Source: Candidatus Amesbacteria bacterium GW2011_GWB1_47_19 (GTDB lineage: Bacteria; Patescibacteriota; Microgenomatia; CAZETR01; Amesbacteraceae). Taken from it: a stretch of 64,000 nt of DNA. The notes under the pieces are model-generated. The model was given only the letters and a program-made list of their open reading frames with translations, was not told the origin of the DNA and ran no database searches. Every line of letters begins with the position of its first letter. The stretch's first letter is position 1. Location of the stretch: positions 18,274 through 82,273 of the forward strand of contig LCNZ01000005.1 in NCBI GenBank assembly GCA_001002325.1. Reading direction: 5' to 3'. Below are positions 16,333 to 23,421 of this stretch, in pieces. The position numbers were made by a program, and so were the translations under genes.

Positions 16333-16884
16333 ATGAGAAATAAAATTGTTTTATTAATAGCGTTGGTGATAATAGCGGGAGGGTTGGGGTGGGGATGGAA
16401 AATGATGAAAAAGGGAAATACCGGTAAGTGGAGAGAATACCGAAGCACTACCGGAGGATTCAGGCTGGATTATCCTGAAAAGTGGGAGGTGAAGGAATAT
16501 CAAACGAATGAAAATTTTGAGCTGAGGGTGGAGTTTGTTCCGACTACCGAGTCCGACCGGATCGGTCAGGTGGGATTGATTTCCGCGACGGTGGTGGCCA
16601 GTCCAGGTGCCGGGCAGATGATGGCAACGCCGGAAGAGTTTGCGGATTGGGAAAAACAGAAGACAGCGACAACTAATTCCGGGATAGCAAAATACGGTGC
16701 CGGGAAGATCGGAGGAGAGAAAGCAGTGATTCTGTCGGACCAGCTGCGGGATTTCTGGGTCCTTACCGCATGGTTCCGTCGGCAGGACAGGAATTACTAT
16801 TTGGGGGTAATGGGTAATGACAGCCGGGGAAAAGCCGATGAGGATATATATAAAAAAATTGCAAACTCCTGGAAATGGCTTTAG
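16333..16884 (+). CDS. hypothetical secreted/membrane-anchored protein
   Basis: N-terminal TM. No family recognised. Confidence 0.4.
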   Translation: MRNKIVLLIALVIIAGGLGWGWKMMKKGNTGKWREYRSTTGGFRLDYPEKWEVKEYQTNENFELRVEFVPTTESDRIGQVGLISATVVASPGAGQMMATPEEFADWEKQKTATTNSGIAKYGAGKIGGEKAVILSDQLRDFWVLTAWFRRQDRNYYLGVMGNDSRGKADEDIYKKIANSWKWL

Positions 16885-17873
16885 CGCAAACGGGATAATA
16901 TGGTGGGGATCATGGATCCGGTGGCGATTTGCGGTTGACCGGCGGTAGAAATATAAACAGGTATAAAACGGGCATCGACTAATTGACGATTAAAGAATTT
17001 ATATTCGCCGACTACACCCTGGCGGGTGGTTTGGGACCAATTCTGGTCGAATACAAAATTTCCGTGTGAATAAACGATAAGTTTGTCTTTGTAAATTTCC
17101 AAGGGTTGAATCCAATGGGGATGATTACCCAATACAAGATCGGCACCCGAATCAATACTTAAATGCGCCAACTCTCTTTGGCGGTCGGTAACTTTGTGAG
17201 TATATTCATTGCCCCAATGAAATTGAACGATCACCTGCCGGGCATTTTTCCGGGCAAGTAGGATTTGAGCTGTTACAGATCCGGCATCTGCAGCAGCAAT
17301 ACCGGTGTAAGGACCACCGATATCATTGAATCCCAAAAAGGCATAAGCCCCTCCCCTTCTCTGAGTATATACCGGTCCGGAAACGCCAGTGGTGAGAATT
17401 TTATTTCGGTTTAACAGGTCCATGGTGGTGGCTAATCCATCGGGACCGAAGTTGGTGGAATGATTATTGGCCAGGTTGGCGATATCAATACCGGATTCGG
17501 ATAAAGACTTTGCGAATTCGGGACGGCCACAAAAGATGGTTCCCTGGGGCAGTACAGGGCAGGCAGGAAGCAGCGGGGATTCAAGATTGATGTATGTTAT
17601 GTCTGCGGAGGCAAGCAGGTTTTTGAGGGCTCTGAAAGGATAACCGAAGTCCCCGGAGTTTACAGCTGAAATATTTACGGATCTGGCGGTCAGAATATCC
17701 CCGGTTGAGAGCAAAGTAACGGTTTGTTCCGGATCAAGAGAAGCAGACCATGAATGGTCAGAGCCCAGAATACTATCTATAGTCGGCGGGGATATGATTG
17801 TGGGAGTGGGAGACGGAATGACCGGCAAGATGACGGAGGCCGGTGGCGGGGTAGGACAAAGGATTCCCCACAA
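16881..17873 (-). CDS. CapA/PGA_cap family metallophosphatase-like protein
   Basis: YINLESP...HWGNEY...GADLVLGNHPHWIQP...YSHGNFVFDQ, the CapA family signature. Confidence 0.75.
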   Translation of the reverse strand: MWGILCPTPPPASVILPVIPSPTPTIISPPTIDSILGSDHSWSASLDPEQTVTLLSTGDILTARSVNISAVNSGDFGYPFRALKNLLASADITYINLESPLLPACPVLPQGTIFCGRPEFAKSLSESGIDIANLANNHSTNFGPDGLATTMDLLNRNKILTTGVSGPVYTQRRGGAYAFLGFNDIGGPYTGIAAADAGSVTAQILLARKNARQVIVQFHWGNEYTHKVTDRQRELAHLSIDSGADLVLGNHPHWIQPLEIYKDKLIVYSHGNFVFDQNWSQTTRQGVVGEYKFFNRQLVDARFIPVYISTAGQPQIATGSMIPTILSRLR

Positions 17874-17982
17874 AGAACAAATGAGCAGACTGACGGCAGA
17901 AATGAATGAGCTGATAGTTAGATTTTAACTTAAAGATGCCGGGGGGTGTAAAATTTGTGTTAGAGCGACAGTCTCAAGTTAA

Positions 17983-18054
17983 GCCCTTGTAGCTCAACGG
18001 ATAGAGTACTTGTCTTCGGAACAAGTGATGGAGGTTCGATTCCTCCCAAGGGCA
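17983..18054 (+). tRNA. tRNA-Arg (anticodon TCG)
   Basis: Acceptor gcccttg/caagggc, anticodon stem cttgt/acaag with loop ctTCGga, T-arm ggaggttcgattcctcc. Confidence 0.85.
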
Positions 18055-18068
18055 CCCTTCGACTTCGC

Positions 18069-19685
18069 TCAGAGCAAGTGCTTTTGCACTATTGGGGAAG
18101 AACGGAGGAAGAGAATTAGAAAAATAATGATAGTGAGAAGAGAAACTAAGTTGGCCAGACGGTGGATAGGGGGTTCAAGAAGGCGGAATTCCAGAAGATG
18201 CGAGCCGGAGGGAATATTTACGGCCAGCAACCCCTGATTTTGTGGTAGCCGGGGGTTCAGGAGAGGAATTTTTTGCCGGTCAAGATAAGCTGTCCAGCCG
18301 GGAAAATAGACAGTGCGGTCGATAAAAACTCCGCCTGAAGATGAAGATATAAGAAATGAGTGGTAATTGGTTTTCCAAGAGGTTTGTGTGACAACAGATG
18401 AATCAGGGGCGATAAATCGGGAAGTTACGGATGTGTCGGCAGACTGCCAGACGGGGGTATGTTCAGCATCTGGAGTGGTCGTGGAAGGAATGGAGGTTTC
18501 AGCTAGCCAGCTGCCTGGGATTTCCAGATATTGATTTACCCGCCAGTGATTGCGGTTGGCATACAACAACAGAAGCGTGAATAGAATGACAGAAAGACGG
18601 GGCAGGGGTATACGTGAGACTACCCAAGCCGCAAGAAATGAGACACTTAGGGATACCAAGCCCAAAAGCCTCCAGGGGAATTGGAGTAAGTGTAGAGGGG
18701 GAATCAGATGCCAAACCGGTAAGCTGATTTTGAGCATCAGAAATACTGACAGGCATGTCGATATCATGAAGAAAAGGGGAAGAAGAGGGATTTTTTGGCG
18801 GTGGATAATGCTGATTAGGATCAGGAACACCGTTGAAATAAATATCAGGATTTGGGGAAGGCCGATTTGAAAAGACATCTCTCCCCTACTGGCACCCACA
18901 TTGGAAAATCCAAATCCCCAGGGAGAATAAATCAGTTGTTTGAGAGTGGCGAAATGTTCGGGATAATATTGCGAAAATGTCTTGTATATGGAGACATAAT
19001 GCAAGTCAAAAAGGGCAGGAATCCAGAAAAATGCGGTCAGGAGAACGGCCATAATCAGGGGAAGGATTTGTTGTTTACGGATTGCCAAAATATAAATAAT
19101 GATTACCGGCAGGAAGACCATCGCTGTGAGATTGTGAGCGAGAATGAGCATGGACAGAAGCAGAGTCACGGGGAATTTCCGTCCGGCAGAGTAAAGGATT
19201 GCGGGAACAAGAGTTAAAGCCAGAGCTTCACCGATATTTCCCCTGACGTAGACATTCAGAAAATGATACGGAATGTATGTATAGAATAAGCCTCCGGCTA
19301 TGGCCGGTAAGCGGGAAAAATGGCGGGATAACCAGAGATAGGTAAAGTATCCGCTTAAAGGGAAAGTCAGCAAAAACAATAATTTGAAGGCGCTGCCATA
19401 ATTTAAACCCAGATAAATCAGGCTGACAGCCAGGTAATAGACCCCGGGGTAATTGAAATTGAAAAAAGGGTAACCTAATCCCCAATTTAGGCGCTTTGCC
19501 CACCGGACAGGGAACTGACCATCTTTAAGCGCCTGGTGGAAATCAACCAGACGGATGATATGGCCTTCCAGATCGTGGGAGGTATAGATTCCGGGATGCA
19601 GGAGAGCCCGGTAAGCCGGGAAGGTGATGAGGAGAAAGAACAGAATAATTCCTACTTCCCTACCCCGGTTTTTGATTGATGACAC
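18069..19685 (-). CDS. polytopic integral membrane protein, possible GT-C-type glycosyltransferase
   Basis: About 12 predicted TM helices with an extracytoplasmic C-terminal domain. The architecture resembles ArnT/PMT-like enzymes. Weak family call. Confidence 0.35.
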   Translation of the reverse strand: MSSIKNRGREVGIILFFLLITFPAYRALLHPGIYTSHDLEGHIIRLVDFHQALKDGQFPVRWAKRLNWGLGYPFFNFNYPGVYYLAVSLIYLGLNYGSAFKLLFLLTFPLSGYFTYLWLSRHFSRLPAIAGGLFYTYIPYHFLNVYVRGNIGEALALTLVPAILYSAGRKFPVTLLLSMLILAHNLTAMVFLPVIIIYILAIRKQQILPLIMAVLLTAFFWIPALFDLHYVSIYKTFSQYYPEHFATLKQLIYSPWGFGFSNVGASRGEMSFQIGLPQILIFISTVFLILISIIHRQKIPLLPLFFMISTCLSVFLMLKISLPVWHLIPPLHLLQFPWRLLGLVSLSVSFLAAWVVSRIPLPRLSVILFTLLLLYANRNHWRVNQYLEIPGSWLAETSIPSTTTPDAEHTPVWQSADTSVTSRFIAPDSSVVTQTSWKTNYHSFLISSSSGGVFIDRTVYFPGWTAYLDRQKIPLLNPRLPQNQGLLAVNIPSGSHLLEFRLLEPPIHRLANLVSLLTIIIFLILFLRSSPIVQKHLL

Positions 19686-19832
19686 CAGTAATAATCATAG
19701 CACGAGCCATACCCAACCTGTGGAATAACCATACACCTATTCCCTCAATCGGTTTCGACGCCAAAGGATTCTTTCTTCGGTATTTCTACCCTGTCAACAG
19801 TATGACTCAAATATTCTAAGAGAATATCGCTT

Positions 19833-20327
19833 ATGATAAATAAAATGACCATAAATTCAACCTTTACTCACAAAGGGCGGGTTCTCAAGGTGAAGTATTA
19901 TGATTTAGACTCTTTTTCTTCTTTGCCTTATGCCAAATGCCAGCAGGTATATGGTGTATGCTTCTACAAAGATAAAATGGTTATTGTTTCAGGGGAAGGG
20001 ACCAGCGGAGGTTGGGGACTGGTCGGCGGCCACATCGAAAAGGGTGAAACCTACGACCAAACCCTGAGAAGAGAAGTCCGGGAAGAAACAAATATGCGGG
20101 TCTTAAAATCGTATCCAATAGGTGTTCAGGAGGTAACAACCCCTGACGGCAAAGTCGTTTTCCAGCTTCGATACTGTGCCATAGTCGAACCTCTGGGAAA
20201 ATTTGAGAAAGATCCCGCTGGTAGTGTAACCGAGATTAAACTTATTAATTCCGAAGACTACAAAAAATATTTCGACTGGGGTGAAATCGGGGAAAGAATT
20301 ATCCAAAGAGCGATAGACCTTAAATGA
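19833..20327 (+). CDS. NUDIX hydrolase
   Basis: Nudix box GGHIEKGETYDQTLRREVREETNM. Confidence 0.8.
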   Translation: MINKMTINSTFTHKGRVLKVKYYDLDSFSSLPYAKCQQVYGVCFYKDKMVIVSGEGTSGGWGLVGGHIEKGETYDQTLRREVREETNMRVLKSYPIGVQEVTTPDGKVVFQLRYCAIVEPLGKFEKDPAGSVTEIKLINSEDYKKYFDWGEIGERIIQRAIDLK

Positions 20328-20466
20328 AAAAGAAAGACGGTGCATTTGTCACACTTTTTAAAGATGAAGGACGGGATTAGATCTTTTTAGTCTTCAGATC
20401 CGACTGGCCAATTTGGGTCCAGCCGGGAGGAGGAATTGAGCCGGGAGAAAATCATAGGTACAATTG
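20324..20466 (+). pseudogene. NUDIX hydrolase relic (in-frame stop and truncation)
   Basis: Reads MKKKDGAFVTLFKDEGRD*IFLVFRSDWPIWVQPGGGIEPGENHRYN*. The start of the Nudix box (PGGGIEPGE) is intact, then the frame ends. Confidence 0.5.
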
Positions 20467-20511
20467 ATTCAAACGGGGAAGCGTTTCACAAGAAGTCATT
20501 CCCAGCCAGGG

Positions 20512-21012
20512 CTAGTCTAGAGCAACTTGGCTAAAAAAAGTTACTTTATGGGACTTGAGCTGGCTGCCGATGGAATAGAATTTGGCAGAAAAGAATTTCT
20601 TGTTTTTGTACACCCAGGGGGTAAATATTTTGTCTTTGTCAAAAATGTCGAGTGAGGAGATTTTCGGGTCGTGAACCCATTTCAGATAACCTTCCGGGGA
20701 GTCGATCAGTCTACCGGTGAATGAAGGGCTTTCGAAAACAAAGGTGTGGCAGGTTTCGAGGTATTTTTCCGGAGTTTCGATTACGAAAGTTATAATCCCC
20801 CGAAAAATTGTCTTTTTAAGTACTAGACCGGTTTCTTCCCGAACTTCCCTTGAGGCACAGTCTATCGGAGACTCTCCGGGTTCAAATTTTCCTCCCGGCA
20901 CGATCCATTTACCATGCAGGGGATCGTTTGGTTTTTTGTCACGATGTAACATTAGGGTTTTTCCACTTCTCCGAATATAGCAAAGCGAGGTGTTGATGGT
21001 GATATTACTCAT
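20512..21012 (-). CDS. NUDIX hydrolase (MutT-like)
   Basis: Nudix box GGKFEPGESPIDCASREVREETGL. Confidence 0.8.
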   Translation of the reverse strand: MSNITINTSLCYIRRSGKTLMLHRDKKPNDPLHGKWIVPGGKFEPGESPIDCASREVREETGLVLKKTIFRGIITFVIETPEKYLETCHTFVFESPSFTGRLIDSPEGYLKWVHDPKISSLDIFDKDKIFTPWVYKNKKFFSAKFYSIGSQLKSHKVTFFSQVALD

Positions 21013-21407
21013 AGATTAATCGTTTGAGATGTTTAATCATTTCAGCGGTTCCATATACCTTTGTCAGTAGATATTGAGAAAACGGTTCGGGGTTTTTAAG
21101 GTATTTTATAACCATTTCAAAGGGATTTTGTGGAAAGGTTTGCGATTGATCCCAACCAAGTAATTATTATGACACAAGGAGTAACCAGCGAAGAGGTGAA
21201 AGAGAATGCTCAAAAAGTGGCTGAGTTGGTTAAACATAGAGGATACAGGCTACTTACCAGATTGCACGTAGACTTGTGGGGAGCTAAAAGACGGGTTTAA
21301 AGATATGAGGCTAACAGGTTCGAATCTCGTCTTGGGGTGCAATAGTTTGATATGGTTGTCTGAAGCTAAATATTTTAGGGTGGTGTACGGAATGGTTCGA
21401 CGGGAGG

Positions 21408-21698
21408 TTAGGACATCTTTAAAGTGTTTTTCAAAATTTGTTTTAGTTGATTGTGACCGTAGCCACTTTTTAGATATATTTCTCTAGCTTCGGCATCTTG
21501 ACGATTTTGAAAATATTCGTAATGAATTAATTTTAAAGGTCGGCGGGTTTTGGTGGAATCGACTTTGCCTAAATTGTGATCTTGTAGGCGACGCTTTAAA
21601 TCGTTGGTGAAGCCAATATAAAGTTTTAAATCTTTTTGAGATTGAAGGACATAGACGTAGTATTTGTTTGTAAAAACGTCGGACGTTTTTGTAGGCAT
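21408..21698 (-). CDS. GIY-YIG nuclease family mini-protein
   Basis: KYYVYVLQS...LKLYIGFTNDLKRRLQDHN. Confidence 0.8.
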   Translation of the reverse strand: MPTKTSDVFTNKYYVYVLQSQKDLKLYIGFTNDLKRRLQDHNLGKVDSTKTRRPLKLIHYEYFQNRQDAEAREIYLKSGYGHNQLKQILKNTLKMS

Positions 21699-21729
21699 AA
21701 GTTCGGATGTCCCGTCAAACGGGACTATG

Positions 21730-21802
21730 GGTGGATGACGGGTGATGCTCCCGCTACCTCCGCATCCACAGTGCGGCGCTCTACTGATGAGCTACATCCA
21801 CC
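21730..21802 (-). tRNA. tRNA-His (anticodon GTG) with encoded G-1
   Basis: Extra 5' G, acceptor gtggatg/catccac, discriminator C, anticodon loop ctGTGga. The T-loop reads agcatca, which is atypical, so moderate confidence. Confidence 0.65.
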
Positions 21803-21841
21803 GTATAATTGATATCAATATTTTACAATATAATATCCCGG

Positions 21842-22807
21842 TTAGCGGAGATAGAAGAAGGATCCGGTAGTGATGAATACCAGGGCTGCCAATCCCAGGA
21901 TAAGTGTGGTCTGCATAGCCCCGGTTTGCGGCAAATTGCCGTCAGGAGTGGTGACAGAGACAGGAGTACGGGTAGGCGTAGGTGTTAAATCATTGCCGGT
22001 GCAGACACAATCGATATTGTAGGGACATGCCGGTGCCCGGCAATAACCCTGGAAACAATAAAGACTTGATTCGCAATTGGTGTTGTTGCCGCAGGAACCG
22101 CCACAGGAGTTGGGGTCACCAGAACCGGGGGAATCTGTAGGAGTAGCTGAGGGAGACGTCGGTGAGGTGGGTTCCGGTGTGGACGAAGGGGCGGCGGAGG
22201 GTGCAGGGGAGATAGAAGAAGAAACAAAAGTATATTCACCGGTGGAGGACGGAGTCAGCAGAACATCCTGGCCGTCAGATTTTCTGGTAACGATACTTTG
22301 CAGAGGATCGAATGTCAGGATAACGGGATTTACGACAGGAATATCACTGGACGTCAGATTGAAAGTGGCCAATGCAACTGCGGTATTTGAACTATATCCT
22401 TCAGTGGCGGTATTTAAGCAGGCTATATCGATTGTTACTATACCATTGGACGAGTTGGGGGATTTGACAGGACATACCCAGTCGTCGGAATTGCGAATGA
22501 CTGAACTGGTCTGGATATTGGATACAACTACTTCAGGCGTTTCACCACTGTATTCGAATTTAATCCGGGCGGAAACACCGGAGATCGGCAGACCGGCCGG
22601 ATCCAGATAGATGGTGACAACCTGGGACAAATTAACAGGAATACTGGCGGTGGCCGGAGAAAGTGAGATAGTGGCCTGACCGGCGGGAGTAGAGGCTTTT
22701 TTGGAGAACAACTGACGCTCACGGATAAGATAAACACCGGCAAAAGTTGCTAGCAGAACCACTAAAACCACGACAAGCGAAATGATGATTTTTACCGAGG
22801 CGCGCAT
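21842..22807 (-). CDS. Cell-surface protein: N-terminal TM, cohesin-like domain, S/T/P linker, Cys-rich module, LPQTG sortase signal
   Basis: C-terminal LPQTG plus a hydrophobic stretch ending ...YLR. N-terminal domain carries ARIKFEYSG...TIDIACLN motifs shared with 22822 and 23418. Confidence 0.55.
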   Translation of the reverse strand: MRASVKIIISLVVVLVVLLATFAGVYLIRERQLFSKKASTPAGQATISLSPATASIPVNLSQVVTIYLDPAGLPISGVSARIKFEYSGETPEVVVSNIQTSSVIRNSDDWVCPVKSPNSSNGIVTIDIACLNTATEGYSSNTAVALATFNLTSSDIPVVNPVILTFDPLQSIVTRKSDGQDVLLTPSSTGEYTFVSSSISPAPSAAPSSTPEPTSPTSPSATPTDSPGSGDPNSCGGSCGNNTNCESSLYCFQGYCRAPACPYNIDCVCTGNDLTPTPTRTPVSVTTPDGNLPQTGAMQTTLILGLAALVFITTGSFFYLR

Positions 22808-22821
22808 AAAGACAGAATAAC

Positions 22822-23421
22822 TTATTTAAGAATCAAAATCTCGGGAAAAGTTGTCAGAGAGATCTCTTCCCCGCGCTTACTGACCACTTTTGTGAGGGCG
22901 GAATCGAGGCTAAGAGAGAGGTTGGGAATGGCGGTAAGAGCAGTAATTTCAAATGTGGCCATATCGACCGGACCTTCGGGGATATAGCCTTCGGGAGTGA
23001 CATTAGCTGCTGCAAAATCAATGTTCACCTGTTTGTTGACTTTATCTATCTCGACCTTGTTGATCGGAAACAACCACCCGGCATCCAAAAGAGACTTATT
23101 GGATTTGGTCTGGACACCAGTTTTTAAGGTATCGGAGTCTGCAATTTTTATGTCCGGTTCATCGCCAGTGTAGTTATATTTAATCCGTGCTGCAAGTGCG
23201 GCCAGTTTAATTCCCTTGGCGTTAAGTGTCAGACTGACAGTGAGCTTATCACCCTTTGAGTTTAGAGATCTGATGAAGGGGGTGGGTGTAGGTTTGGGAA
23301 TTGAGGTAGCCTGAACAACAGCCTGACCTGAAGGGCTAGATGTAGATGGTTTGTAGGTTGATTTAAGAGCATACAAACCAACCAGCGCAGCGACAGCAAA
23401 AACAAGTACAACTATTTTCAT
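22822..23421 (-). CDS. Secreted cohesin-like domain protein
   Basis: Signal/TM plus a single domain with ARIKYNYTG...NIDFAAANV...GY...ATFEI motifs. Confidence 0.5.
   Translation of the reverse strand: MKIVVLVFAVAALVGLYALKSTYKPSTSSPSGQAVVQATSIPKPTPTPFIRSLNSKGDKLTVSLTLNAKGIKLAALAARIKYNYTGDEPDIKIADSDTLKTGVQTKSNKSLLDAGWLFPINKVEIDKVNKQVNIDFAAANVTPEGYIPEGPVDMATFEITALTAIPNLSLSLDSALTKVVSKRGEEISLTTFPEILILK

Noticed and set aside
18010-18237. ORF 18010-18237 (+)
   Set aside because: It starts inside tRNA-Arg(TCG) and is antisense to the 538-aa membrane protein gene.
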